A DNA stretch of 64,000 nucleotides from Octopus sinensis (taxonomy: Eukaryota), in the NCBI RefSeq assembly GCF_006345805.1, contig NC_043013.1:8060001-8124000 (forward strand). The letters run 5' to 3'. Positions 1-13,724 of the stretch are shown piece after piece (positions within the stretch are counted from its first letter, which is position 1; each line of letters begins with the position of its first letter). The translations under genes were made by a program, and so were the position numbers. Under the pieces are notes generated by a model. The model was not told the origin of the DNA, did not search any database, and saw nothing but the letters and a program-made list of their open reading frames with translations.

Positions 1-392
1 AGTAGCTTGCTTACGAACCACATGGTTCCAGGTTCAGTCCCACTGCATGGCACCTTGGGCAAGTGTCTTCTCCTATAGCCTCGGGATGACCAAAGCCTTG
101 TGAGTGGATTTGGTTGGCAGAAACTGAAAGAAGCCCGTCGTATATAAGTGTTTATATATATATATATATATGCATGTACGTGTGTATATATTTGTGAGTC
201 TGTGTTTGTCTCCCCAACATCGCTTGACATCACTGGTATGTTTACATCCTCGTAACCTAGCAGTTCGGCAAAACAGACTGATAGAATAAGTACTAGGCTT
301 ACAAAGAATATGTCTTGGTGTCAATTTGTTCTACTAAAGGTGGTGCTCCAGCATGGCTGCAGTCAAATGACTGAAACAAATAAAAGAAAAGA
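1..392 (+). mobile_element. SINE family A (tRNA-derived, internal microsatellite, AAAGAGT-type tail); 5' end cut by window edge
   Basis: B-box-like GGTTCAGTCCC, CACCTTGGGCAAG, shared body ending GGTGCTCCAGCATGGCTGCAGTCAAATGACTGAAACAA; over 20 full or partial copies in the window. Confidence 0.85.
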
Positions 393-399
393 ATATATT

Positions 400-860
400 C
401 ATATACACACACACATATATACATACATACACACATAATATATACATATATACATACATACATAAATACATACATACATGCATACATACACACACATATA
501 TACATACATACATACATACACACACACATACATACACACACACATACATACATACATACATACATACATACATACATACATACATACATACACATACATA
601 TATACATACACACATACATACATACATAAATACATACATACATACATACATACATACAAACATGCATACATACATACATACATACATACATACATACATA
701 CATACATACATACATACATACATACATACATACATACATACACACACACATGCACACACACATACATACATACATACATACATACATACATACATACATA
801 CATACATACATACATACATACACATACATATATACATACACACACACACATATATACATA
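400..860. repeat. (TACA)n/(CA)n compound microsatellite
   Basis: Directly visible; source of the MYVC/HTYI ORFs. Confidence 0.95.
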
Positions 861-1186
861 GAACATGGTGTTATTGGTGTTGTTTTCTTCCATTGTGGTA
901 ATTTCTCTTTAATATGCTTCAATCTAACAATGGTAGTTTTGCAACATGAGCTGGGAAAGTGGGGAGGTGTCAGAGGTGGTAGTGTCAGTTGTGGTGGTGG
1001 TGGCGGTGGTTGTGGTGTTGTGATGTACTTGCATGGCAAGCTGACTATCTGACTGCTTATTGACCTTAATTTCTGTTTCCATAGTTACCTTTCTGTCATC
1101 AAAAGTCTTAAGCTTCTGGACATTACATATGTATATGTATGTGTGCCTATGTCCATTAATGTGTATGTGTATATATGTATGTACAT

Positions 1187-1342
<156 letters not shown>

Positions 1343-1649
1343 ATACATATATATATATATATATAAGGAAAGTATGCATATGTATATCTCATATATCTGT
1401 ATATATATATGTATATATGTGTGTGTGTATATATATATATCTATATATATATTTTTTCTAGTTTCAGCTCAGAGCTGCGGCCATGTATGTTTATATGTAT
1501 GTATGAATGTATGTATGTATGTATGTATGTATGTATGTATGTATGTATGTATGTATGTATGTATGTATGTATGTATGTATGTGTGTGTGTATGTATGTAT
1601 GTATGTATATATATATATATATAAAGTACTACTGTATGAGTATATACGC

Positions 1650-1701
<52 letters not shown>

Positions 1702-1886
1702 GTCTATCTATGTCTTTATACACACACACGCACACTCACACACACACACACACACACACACATAAACACACATACACCCACTACACCCTTCTGCCCCACA
1801 CATACATGTACAAATATGTGTTCACATAAATATGTTTGTTTGCATGCACAATCATGTATTGTAAGTATGTGTGCGCGCACGCGCTC

Positions 1887-1919
<33 letters not shown>

Positions 1920-2185
1920 TGTGTATGTGTGTGTGTGTGTGTATGTGCTTTGAAAACAGGGAAAGACCTGATTTGCTTGTGTGATTGGCTAATATTTTAT
2001 TGACACTGATGGGATGGAAAGAGGCACTTAAAGATAACAACATGAGTGAGTGAATTTAGTGACCGTTGAGAGCTTCTGAGGCTGTGTGTGTATATATGTG
2101 TAAATATATATTAAAAGAGTGTGTACATGTAAATATGTATGCGTATTTATCTATATATATATATATATATCTATATATATATATC

Positions 2186-2217
<32 letters not shown>

Positions 2218-2244
2218 TAGATATATCTATATCTATCTAATCTA

Positions 2245-2279
<35 letters not shown>

Positions 2280-2292
2280 AATCTAATATATG

Positions 2293-3100
2293 TTGAGTCA
2301 TTCCATAAATAATGCAGTTTTTTTTTACTTCTTTTATTTTTCAAAATTAAGATAAACACAGTTCTTCTTTAATCTAAAATATACTCTCCTTAATTTTCTA
2401 CAATGCTCTCCTATCTATCTGGTAGACTTTCAAGGTCTCTATTCCAAAATTCATTTGTCTGTGACAAAAAATACTCCTTCAGAATTGTTCTGACCTCATC
2501 TACAGAATTTATGATTTTTCTGTCCAAATGATTTTGAAGACTGTGGAATAAATGATAGTCAGATAGGGCAATGTCTGGTGAATATGGTGGGTGGGGCATC
2601 GTTTTCCACTCAAATTCCTCCAGCCTTTGGAATGTCATCTTCGCTGTATGTGGTTGAACATTAACCTGATGGAAGAAAACCTTTTGTCTTGCAACTAAAT
2701 ATGGTTGTTTTTCTTCTAGTGCTGACTTAAGTCGCTCAAGCTACTTGCAGTAGATCTTCTTTGTTATCATTTGGTTTTGGCTTAAAAGCTAAAAGTGGAC
2801 TCAACCATTCATATCCCACCAAACAGATAACAATACTTTATATGGGTGAAGGCCTTCTTTAGCCGGGGGGGGGGCTAGTGTTTCTCCTTTCCCTACCCAC
2901 TGCCTTCGGCCCTTGACATTTTTATAGAGAACGCATTTCTGATCACCAGTTACTATTTGGTCACAAAAAAGTTCATTCATGAGACGTGACAGCAGAGAAG
3001 AGCACATATTTATTCTCTACATATGATTAGACTCGGAAAGTTTGTGAGGAACACATTGACCCAATTTGCTGACTTTTCCGATGTCACACAGGTGTCGAAT
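2293..3100 (-). mobile_element. Decayed mariner transposon (3' part), transposase pseudogene
   Basis: Minus-strand peptides QIVTGDQKCVLY, LHPYKVLLSVWWD and HPPYSPDIALSDYHLFHSLQNHL match the mariner motifs TGDEKW, WWD and HPPYSPDLAPSD; stops and frameshifts; terminus homologous to the copy at 36350. Confidence 0.9.
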
Positions 3101-3700
3101 GGTTGAATAACCAAATCCAAGCCTCTCTGCTAGTTCCTCAACAGTTACAATGGAATTTTGTTCTATCAGGGTTTACAGGACATCCTCGAACTCCACAGAT
3201 CTTCCAAGATGAGGCTCGTCTTCTAGGCTGTAGTTTCTGGTTCAGAATTTCTGGAACCACTGTTGAACCTGGCTTATGCTTATTGCCTGATCCCTATGTA
3301 CTGCATTAATATTCCGATCCCCACATACTGCATTAATATATATCATCATCATCATCATCATCATTTAACATCCGTGTTCCATGCTAGCATGGGTGGGACA
3401 GTACCACAAGAGCCGGCCAGGTTGTGCCCGCACCAGACTTCTATGACAGTTTTAGCAGGATTTTTACAACTGGATGCCCTTCCTAACACCAACCACTTTA
3501 CAGTGTGGACTGGGTGTTTTTAAATGGTACCTGCACTGACAAGGTCACCAAGTACTTGCAAGACAAAAATGTTTAAGAGGGGAGGAGGCGACGATGAAAA
3601 GGTTATAGTGAGAGAGATACAGGTGTCTTGCTGTAGAGGAAATACAAGGTTACCCAGATGGAGAGAGGAATATCAGGAATGAAGACAGAAACAATTTTGT

Positions 3701-3748
<48 letters not shown>

Positions 3749-3757
3749 AGAGAGAGA

Positions 3758-4117
3758 CAGGCATAGCTGTGTGGTAAGAAGCTTGCTTCCCAACCACATG
3801 ATTCTGGGTTCAGTCCCACTATGTGGCACCTTGGACATGTATCTTCTACTTTAGCCTTGGGCTGAGCAAAGCCTTGTGAGTGGATTTATATATATATATA
3901 TATATATATATACGCACACACTCACACATATATGTATATATATATTTAATGTCTGTGTTTGTCCCTTCACCATCACTTTTGTGGTTTGACAAAAGGGACC
4001 AATAGAATAAGTACTAGGCTTGTAAAGAGTAAGTCCTGGGGTTGATTTCTTTGACCAAAATCCTTTAAAGTGGTGCTCCAGCATGACCACAGTCTAATCC
4101 ACTGAAACAAGTAACAG
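3758..4117 (+). mobile_element. SINE family A, diverged copy
   Basis: Homologous to other family A copies. Confidence 0.8.
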
Positions 4118-4120
4118 ATA

Positions 4121-4545
4121 TTCTTTTACTTGTTTCAGTCGTTTGATTGTGGCTATGCTGGAGCTTTGTCTTGAAGGATTTTAGTCAAAGAATTTGACCC
4201 TAGGACTTATTCTATCAGTCTCTTCTGCCAAACCGCCAAGTCACAGGGACATAAACTCACCAACATCGGTTGTGAAATGATGGGTGTTTGTGTGGGTGGG
4301 TGGGGGTGGGCAAATACAGACACAAAAATACACAGACACACACACTTACATATACATATGCGTGTGTGTATATATGTGTGTATGTATGTGTGTGTGTATG
4401 TACACACATAAATGTACATACATAAATGTAAAAAAAAAAAATTAAAATTTATATATATAATATATATATATATATATATTGGTTATTTATGTATTGGTTT
4501 ATGTCTATCACTGTTTGGGTTGCATAATAATGGTTTTATCTCCAA

Positions 4546-4580
<35 letters not shown>

Positions 4581-4742
4581 CATACGATGGTCTTCTTTCA
4601 GTTTCCATCTACCAAATCCACTCACAAGGCTTTGGTAGTCCCGAGGTTGTAGTAGAAGACACTTGCCAGAGATGTTACACAGTGGGACTGAACCGGGAAC
4701 CATGTGTTTGGGAAGTGTGCTTCTTACCCCACAGCTACGCCT
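4121..4742 (-). mobile_element. SINE family A, diverged, with expanded internal microsatellite/insert
   Basis: Reverse-complement homology; tail-to-tail with the preceding copy. Confidence 0.75.
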
Positions 4743-4850
4743 TAACTTCATTTTCATATTTCTCCATGTCTTCCTTACATGATATAATAATGGACGGATG
4801 GATCAGGAATTAGTTTTTGCTCCAATTTCCATTATTTCTTTTTTTGTTAT

Positions 4851-5244
4851 TACTCTTTTACTCTTTTACTTGTTTCAGTCATTTGACTGCGGCCATGCTG
4901 GAGCACCACCTTTAGTCGAGCAAATCGACCCCGGGACTTATTCTTTGTAAGCCCAGTACTTATTCTATCGGACTCTTTTGCCGAACCGCTAAGTGACGGG
5001 ACGTAAACGCACCAGCATCGGTTGTCAAGCAATGCTAGGGGGACAAACACAGACACACACACATATATATATACATATATACGACAAGCTTCTTTCAGTT
5101 TCCGTCTACCAAATCCACTCACAAGGCATTGGTCGGCTCGGGGCTATAGCAGAAGACACTTGCCCAAGATGCCACGCAGTGGGACTGAACCCGGAACCAT
5201 GTGGTTGGCTAGCAAGCTACTTACCACACAGCCACTCCTGCGCC
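4851..5244 (-). mobile_element. SINE family A, full length
   Basis: A-box-like TGGCTGTGTGG, B-box-like GGTTCAGTCCC, AAAAGAGT tail. Confidence 0.9.
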
Positions 5245-5972
5245 TTATAAAGACTTTTCTCTCTCTTTTTTTTTTGTCTTTTTTACTTTTCATCACCATT
5301 TCTGTTGCTCAGTTTGCTTAAGCTTGAAACAGTCTGAAAATGGACTAAGATCTGCTTACAGATTTACAGAATACCTATGGAAACTCTCAGCTGCTGATTT
5401 CAATTTAGTTTTGGTGAAATTTGACATTTATAGTGTAATAAAGAATGCTTCTTACTAATTATTTTGGAGTATGTAACTTTTAAGAAAATAAAGCAATTAT
5501 TAATGTCTATGCTATCTAGAAGTTTCTTCAAAAAACCAAGTTTAATATACCTTTACCAAATTGTGGTTTTGAATCTCCATTTATTATCGAAGATTTCAAC
5601 TACTTCATTGAATTAGAAAACAAATTTTAATTCACTGCGAGGTAGCCATCTTAAATTGTAGGATAGTTTTTTTTTTAATGTCTCTGTTTTTTTAATGTCT
5701 TGTAGTAATATATAATGACTGCCCACAGGAGTGGCTGTGTGGTAAGTAGCTTGCTTTCCAACCACATGTTTCTGTGGTTCGGCAAAAGAGACCGATAGTA
5801 CCAGGCTTACAAGGAAAATGTCCTGGGGTCGATTTGGTCGACTATAGGTTGTGCTCCAGCATGACCGCAGTCAAATGACTGAAACAAGTAAAAGTGTAAA
5901 ATAGTAAAGAGTATATTTCCAATGCTTCTTTGTATAGACATATCGGTAAAAACATTTCCCCAAATTATAAGT

Positions 5973-6461
5973 TTAGCCTTTTAGCACTCAGATAATTTAT
6001 TCAAATGTAATGCTTATTTATTCACATAATTTTGAATTTATCATGCATTATTCTGTAGCTTCAAGATATCGATGTGAATGTTTATTTTTAGAATGATATT
6101 GTAGGATAGGTGTGAGAGGTTAGATCTAGCCAGTTTGTACATAAAGAGACAAGTCCCTTAGCTCCTTGGGTGTCTTTGGGGTGTTGCAGCCATGCAGTGT
6201 ATCTAGGGTGAGAAAGCTTGGTGGAGCTTATCCCTCTCCAAGCTAAACTCATTTCTATTGCTGAGTGGACTGGAGCAACATGAAGAGAAGTGATTTTTGC
6301 TCAAAAATACAATGCATCGCCTGGTCCAGGAATCGAAATCACAATCTTAGGATCGTGAGTCCAACACCCTAACCACTAAACCACATGCCTCCACTTCTTT
6401 GTACATAAAAATGGTAAAATATATGGCCTGGATATGGCTGGTTTAAATGCTATAGAGTTAG
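5973..6461. mobile_element. piggyBac-like MITE (decayed TTAACCCTTT-type ends) interrupted by a SINE
   Basis: Ends resemble the copy at 62128-62352; SINE inserted with 12-bp TSD TTTGTACATAAA (6134-6145, 6398-6409). Confidence 0.5.
6146..6397 (-). mobile_element. tRNA-derived SINE (family C/D-type head)
   Basis: Minus strand starts GGAGGCATGTGGTTTAGTGGTTAGGGTG with B-box-like GATTTCGATTCC; 12-bp TSD. Confidence 0.75.
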
Positions 6462-6824
6462 TCTATCATCAGCCAAATTATGGTGATTCCAGTTTCCTTT
6501 CATATTTGTTGGGTGTTTTCGAAGAAGTTGAAAGCAGAAGAGTGGTTTTAATCTACTTGTACCAAAAATAAACTTGTCTCATTTTCTTTCAACTAAAGTA
6601 TATAACTGCTGTGCACAATGTTTGAAAAAAAAAAAGATGCCATTATTGGAAACTGTTACAGTACATGATAAGGAGTGTAACATGAAATTTGTTATATATT
6701 TCCAATAGTTAATTCCTCCACTGAGATCTCCTCCACTGTTCGTGTTAACATAGTTTATATGATAAACAGGAACTGAAGAAAGTATCATTTCTCATCTTTG
6801 TACATCTGTAATTATGTGTTTATA

Positions 6825-7152
6825 GAGGTTGGCTTAGTCGTTATAGTGTCAGGCTCACAATCATGAGGTAGTGAGTTTGATTCTCTAACCGGGCTGTGTC
6901 TTGTGTTCTTGAGCAAGACACTTTATTTCCTGTTGCTCCTGTTCTCTCAATTGTAGAAATGAGATGCAACGTCACTGGTGCCAAGCTATATTGGCCCTTG
7001 CCTTTTCCTTGGATAACATCGATGGTATGGAGAGGGGAGGCTGGTATGCATGGGCGACTGCTGGTCTTCCATAAACAACTTTGCTCAAACTTGTGCCTTG
7101 GAGGGTAACTTTCTAGGTGCAATCCCATGGTCGTTCATAGCTGAAGGGAGTC
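6825..7152 (+). mobile_element. SINE family D (tRNA head followed by CTTGAGCAAGACACTTTA)
   Basis: tRNA-like head; partial inverted copy at about 27480-27715. Confidence 0.7.
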
Positions 7153-7242
7153 TTTTAATACTCAAAGTTACAGATATATTTTGTGATGTAAAACAATGCA
7201 GAGGAAATAATAAGTTATACAACCACATGTTTGAACCTAAAG

Positions 7243-7502
7243 CAGTGTATCTCAACCATTTTTTTTACCTATGATCCCCTTTCATTCCTGTCTTACTAAG
7301 ATGGACTCTACTAGCCATTCAATGATAAAAAAATAATTTTATTGTATTTTTATAATTAAATATTATAAGGAATTGCATAAAAATAATTGTTAAAATATTT
7401 TGTGTATTGTAGAAATATAACCAACTTATTGCGGATAAATTTTAACAACAAAATCTTAAGTGGACCCCTAAGGGCCATGTGGACCCCAGCTGAGAATCAT
7501 TG
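7243..7502. mobile_element. hAT/Charlie-type MITE
   Basis: Imperfect TIRs CAGTGTATCTCAAC and GCTGAGAATCATTG; degenerate 8-bp TSD ACCTAAAG/GCCTAGAG. Confidence 0.6.
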
Positions 7503-8261
7503 GCCTAGAGTAAGTTTTTTACAATATGATTTTTTTTTTCATTTCATACTAAGCATGCAAGCATGCAATTCAATCCATTGTTGTGCCAAGGTATGGAATC
7601 TTCCGATGTGTATAGATGTGTATGTATGTTATACTAAGAACGTTCATGTAGCTAAGTTAAGCCAACATAATACTCGATTTCTTCATAAAATTCGACTCTG
7701 CTTTTGAGTGTGTGGTATTATTCTGAATTTATTTATCGAGTGAGTAAATAGTAGTAGACAAATAAAGGATACAAAAGAAAATTATATGTTAGACATCAGA
7801 AAAATTACACAAATTGGGAATCAAATGTAAATATTATTCAGTGACTTGCGGAAAACTGCTCAGAGGGCGGTGCTTTAGCAAGTATTTTTATAATAGGAGA
7901 ATAAAGCAAAAAATAACTAGAACAGTATATTGATGGTTTCCTAGCTTCTGCAACTAAGGTCACTAGACGGTCTGTGATACGAGTTTTTCTGAACAAAATG
8001 TATGAAATGCCATTATTGGTTCCGGTCAAAGAGAAAGCATTTGTCTGGAATAAAAGAAGGGTACAGGCAGCATTTTGAAGTGTGCTGTGTGGCTCTTTAT
8101 CTTTTTTTATTTTGGTTGCAGATGACGGGGTTTGGCGATGCAAATGTGAAAAATAGAAATTAGAATGTATGCCAATTATATATATATATATACATATATA
8201 TATACATACATACATAAATATGTGTGTATATATATATGTATATATGTATATGTGTGTGTGT

Positions 8262-8318
<57 letters not shown>

Positions 8319-8491
8319 TGTACAGAAAGAGAGGGATTATGAAGGAAAGAGAATTTATTGAAAAACTGTCATACTCATTGTCAAAACCAATGGAGGTCTA
8401 TGTACTTTATTATGAACACATGTTGATCCTTGAATGTATTATACATTTATGTATGTGTTCTTATATATATATATATGTGTGTGTGTTGTTT

Positions 8492-8522
<31 letters not shown>

Positions 8523-8686
8523 TATATAATATATATATAACACATACATGTACCTACTCGTATACACACATATACGTATATATGTACGCACAGTACATGT
8601 GTATTTGCATTGATGTGCTTACAGGTATGTGTTTGCTTAAATTACATACATATATGATTTATATATTTGTATATATGCTTACATAC

Positions 8687-8717
<31 letters not shown>

Positions 8718-9013
8718 CACATATAAAGACCTCTGTATGTTTATATACAAATATATACAGATGTAAAAAGTGCATACAGATTTATATATATATATATATG
8801 TATACGTGTATATACATACATGCTTACTTGCATACATACATACCATAATACATACATACATACATACATACATACATACATACATACATACATACATACA
8901 TACATGTGTATAGATACATCCACAAAATGAATCTCTGTTATGTATTGTCTATATGTATATAGACATGCATGTGAGTGGTATGTGTTGTCTTTCTGTTTGT
9001 CCACACACACATG

Positions 9014-9045
<32 letters not shown>

Positions 9046-9148
9046 TGTATGTATGTATGCATGTATGTATGTATGCATGTGTATATATATATATATGTAT
9101 TATATGTGTGTATATTATATATATATATATACATACATGCATGCATAC

Positions 9149-9191
<43 letters not shown>

Positions 9192-9974
9192 GTGTGTGTG
9201 TGTATATGCAGACAGATGTCTGTGCAGTTTATCATGTTTTGTAAATTAGCAACTTAACTTATGGAACATCATGTGTATTTGTTTAACTCCGTGTGTGTGT
9301 GGGTGTGTGTGTGTGTGTGTGTGTGTGTTATTCGTGTTAGTATCTAAATTTGAGCTGATGTATATGCATATTCCTTATTCCTGTGTGTGTACACATTTGT
9401 CGGTGATTGCGACTGTGTGTGTATTGTGATTATATAAACTACATAACGATTGTATGCCTGTATGCATGCATGTATGTATGTATGTATGTATGTATGCATG
9501 TATGAATGTATGTATGTATGTATGTATGTATGTATATATGTTTGTATGTATGTATGTGTGTGTATGTATGTGTACTATTAGTTTTGCTCCATCATTCTTA
9601 TACTCATTTGTATAGTATACAAAGAATTTTTTTTTTCCCCCTTTATAGGAACATCCATTTAAAATGAATATTGACTTCTTTTCTGAGAATCGCAAATTGG
9701 ATGCATGTAATTTGAGTCTTATTTTTCTCTCACAACTTTTCGTATTCAACAAAACACATCAGCTTTTTGCTCTTTTTGTCTTTCTTCATCGTTTACGCTA
9801 TTTTCTCTACATTAACAATAAAATTGTTTCATTTTTATATTGAAAGTTTAATGTTTTTTTTTTCTATCTATTTTGTCTAACCACTACACCCCCACCCCAT
9901 CCCCTTCTTGCCCTGTCCTTTGTTTTACCTATTATTATCTATAAATGCCAGCTTGCAAATATATATATATATCA

Positions 9975-10330
9975 TCATCATCATCATCATTTAGCGTCCG
10001 CTTTCCATGCTAGCATGGGTTGGACGGTTCAACTGGGGTCTGGGAGGCCAGAAGGCTGCACCAGGCCCAGTCTGATCTGGCAGTGTTTCTACGGCTGGAT
10101 GCCCTTCCTAACGCCAACCACTCCATGAGTGTAGTGGGTGCTTTTTACGTGCCACCCGCACAGGTGCCAGACGGAGCTGGCAGACGGCCACGGACGGATG
10201 GTGCTTTTTATGTGCCACTGGCACAGGGGCCAGGCAAGACTGGCAACGGCCACGAACAGATGATACTTTTTACGTGACACCGGCACGGGGGCCAGGCGAG
10301 GCTGGCAATGGCCATGAACGGATGGTGCTT
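9975..10330 (-). mobile_element. (TGA)n-tailed non-autonomous retroelement with tandem 5' modules
   Basis: Sense strand: repeated GGTGGCACGTAAAAAGCACC modules, GGTTGGCGTTAGGAAGGGCATCCAGCCGTAG, GCATGGAAAGCGGACG, then (TGA)n; about 15 copies in the window. Confidence 0.75.
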
Positions 10331-10331
10331 G

Positions 10332-10372
<41 letters not shown>

Positions 10373-11265
10373 ATATATATACATACAGACAGACACACAT
10401 GTGTGTATGTGTGTGTATGTGATTGTATATAATTATCTATATGTCTGTCTGTCTGTCTCCCTACCTAAACTTCTTCCCTCCTTCCCTTCTCCACTCCTTT
10501 CCTTCTTCCCACCTCGCTTCCCTTCCACCATCCCCTCCTCCTCCTCTTCCTCCACCCTCCTCATGAATGTCATCATTGTTCTCATATTTACTCTTTACTC
10601 TTTTCCCTTGGCAGATGCTTTTCAAAGTAAAAATTAGGCAGTATGTAGCTTGTTATTCTCTTTAAGTGAAATACACCGAAAAATGGCGACACAGCAGTCA
10701 AAAAATCGTAAAAAATAGGGATTTTCATAGAAAAAAAAGCACCTGTTTGATGTAAATAATTTTTCGTCTTAACACGGTCTGATTTGAATTTTTTCTTCTA
10801 CGGAAGGAAGAGCAAGCCTTCTTCTATCATACTCTCAATTTTGGTCGACTTGTGCCGCAGGGTCTCGGAGGAGACAATGTTAGTTGAAAGCTACCAAACC
10901 TGCCATACACAGACAACTTCAGCTCTCTCTCTCTATATATATAGCGGCCTTAATAAAAGCACCCACTACACTCAGGGAGTGGTTGGCATTAGGAAGGGCA
11001 TCCAGCTGTAGAAACTCTGCCAGATCAAGATTGGAGCCTGGTGCAGCCATCTGGTTCGCCAGTCCTCACTCAAATCATTCAACCCATGCTAGCATGGAAA
11101 GTGGACGTTAAACGATGATGATGATGATGATGTTGACTTTGCCTTTCATCCTTTCGCCATCAATAGATTAAGTACCAGCGAAACACTTGTGTCAATTTAA
11201 TCAACTAGTTCCCTCCCCACAAGTTTCAATCCTTGTGCCTTTAGTAGAAAGGATTATTATTACTG

Positions 11266-11306
<41 letters not shown>

Positions 11307-11499
11307 GTTTTTTTTTTCCTTTCTTCAAATTTTCTTCCATTTCTCGCCAAGTGTTTTCCATACACCTAGGGCAGAGAAGGGCATTGTATGCATTCCCACA
11401 TTACACACGCAAATTCACAGGTAAAATATGTATCTAAAAAAATTAGTATGTAAATAAATTCATGAATGGATCTTGTTTTCACAGTGAAAATGCTCTTCT

Positions 11500-12057
11500 C
11501 AGTACATGAGTTGTTCCAGTTATCAGCCTGGTATCATTATACAAATAGGTTTCAGTACCTTTTTTTTTTTTATCATTCCTAGAGATTCTACAATCACAGC
11601 TACTGAAGTTGCCTTGAGATGTCACATTTTTTCAATTTCTAGTATCAAGTCTTTATATTTACTGATCTTGTCAAATTCTTTTGCTGCTATATTGTGATCG
11701 CACGGAATACTCATGTCAATTAATAAGCACACCTTTTTTGTCTGATCTTTTATAATAGCATCTTGTTTATTAACTTTTATAGTTTTGTTGGTATGTATGG
11801 AGAATCCCAGAGAATCGACACATTTTCTCCTTCAGTCACAGCTTCAGGATGGTATTTATACCATTTGTCAGCGGTTTTGATTTGATAATGCTGACATATT
11901 TTCCACTGTAAATACTGGCTGACTCTGTCATGTCTTGCTTTATATTCTACAGGTGCTAAGACTCTACACTCTGAGATTAGGTGGTCTATAGTTTCAATCT
12001 CATTGTTACAGAATCAGCATTTTGGGTCAGCTCCATTTTTTACCACATTGGCTTTGT
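11500..12057 (-). mobile_element. R4/Dong-like non-LTR retrotransposon, decayed C-terminal fragment (zinc knuckle + restriction-like endonuclease)
   Basis: Translation CNNEIETIDHLISECRVLAPVEYKARHDRV...WKIC, then PD-like, LID and KISKYKDL motifs; starts at a (TAA)n tract. Confidence 0.8.
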
Positions 12058-12058
12058 A

Positions 12059-12103
<45 letters not shown>

Positions 12104-12540
12104 GAGTGAGAGAGCAGCGTATGCCATCAAAGTGACACTGGGGTACAAATATATGAAGCCCAGTATATCTGTCATGACTATCTGTCTGATCAGGGTACAC
12201 CAGGTACATGCATCACAACCATATTTGTGAAAAACATGGTGATTTCATATCAAGATAAACAGTGCAGGACTTTGCAGGTGGGACCCAGTTAGAATTTTCT
12301 TCTAGTCAAGTCATCCATCCTGCACAAAAGGTCACTGAATAAGGGTTGTTTAAGGATGTTGAAAAAACCACCCATGTTTCCAGAGGTGAATTATTCAAAC
12401 CCCAAAGAATTCCTCTCAACACATGGCTATGATGCTCCCCCACTACTCCTGCTCTTGATCTGAGATGCACATATCATCAGTCACTAAGGGACATGTTCAA
12501 CTGGTTAAGGTGAAGCAACTGACAAACAAACCTGGTATCG
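12104..12540 (-). mobile_element. Retroelement 3'-UTR-like repeat ending in (TAA)n
   Basis: Homologous to 52446-53035; abuts an (ATT)n tract. Confidence 0.6.
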
Positions 12541-13724
12541 TGCAGAATATTGTTATTGCTGTTGTTGTCGTTGCTGCCACTGCCACTGCTGCTGCTGCTG
12601 CTGCTGTTGTTGTTAATATAATATCTGGAGCTGAAGGAATATTTTCAAACTAGTTGTATAATGGAATCAAAATTATCAATGCTTGGATTTAATGATAAAA
12701 AGTTTCTTTGGATTATATTGCTGTTAGAAGATTTTGGAGCAGTTTCAGTGTCCATTTCATTTTTCTTCAGGGTGGAAAAATGAAGTTTGTATTCAGACAT
12801 TTTACATTATTATATTTCATAGCATTTCTACTAACTTATAATTCAACATGGCTTCTTGTGTTGTGGTAGTGGGAAGAGTTGCTCACTACAATGGAGGTAG
12901 CATTCACATGAAATTAATATGTTTTCCAGCTAAAAATTTGTAAAAAATAAAAATGAAATATCAGCACAAATTTAAAAAAAAGGAAGACAATGACCCCCCT
13001 GAAACAAGCAAGAAATGAATACAAACATCATCAAATAAACAAACACACACACAGAAAAAAAAATTGTAAAAAAAAAATGAAATGGACACTTGCAACAAAA
13101 ATGGTTAACAACAACATCAACACTCACAGAAATTTTGATAAACAAAAATAGTTTTATATTTTTTTGTTTTTGTTAGAAATCTAAGTAGAGAACCTTCTTC
13201 ATTTTATGTGAGTTTGACTTGTAACAGACAGATACAACTTATGGAGAATGTGGCTTGAGTAAAAGACAGCATGGTAACACTATATTACAGAAACAAGAAC
13301 GTTTTTGCTTGAAACTATCACACGAGTTCCAGAAGATTTATTTGTGCATTACCACAGCTAGAAGAGCTCGAGCCTTTGAAGAAACAGTTGGAAATAGTTC
13401 TGGTTGATGTGTGAAATGAGATCTCTTGTATTTGGTGCAGAAATTCATATAGGATATGGAACGATATCACTTTGCTTTTTAAAATGAAGAACCAGGGTAG
13501 GATATAAACTGAGTTAGCACATTGTACACCTGCGATAGAGTAATTACATATATGGGGGCAGTGAAATATAAGGGTATGAAGAAAAGGCTTTAAAACTGGT
13601 GGTACATTGCAGAAAGTTCAATCTTCTACTCACGTAAAGGCAAAGCCCATTTAAGGGCCTTTCTATCAAAAAGAGCTACAGAAACTGAAAATCTTAAAAA
13701 AAAATAGTTAATGTAAAGTGCATA

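Noticed and set aside
950-1025. GGT-rich tract giving a poly-Pro ORF
   Set aside because: Degenerate trinucleotide repeat with no other support
4993-5321. Recurrent ORFs such as DGLLSVSVYQIHSQGFGRPEAIVEDTCPRCHAVGLNPEP
   Set aside because: Antisense readings of SINE A, recurring with variable stops
13200-13700. Purine-rich unique stretch with coding-like fragments (PQLEELEPLKKQLEIVLVDV)
   Set aside because: Multiple stops in all frames and no recognisable motif; possibly an old element, unclassifiable
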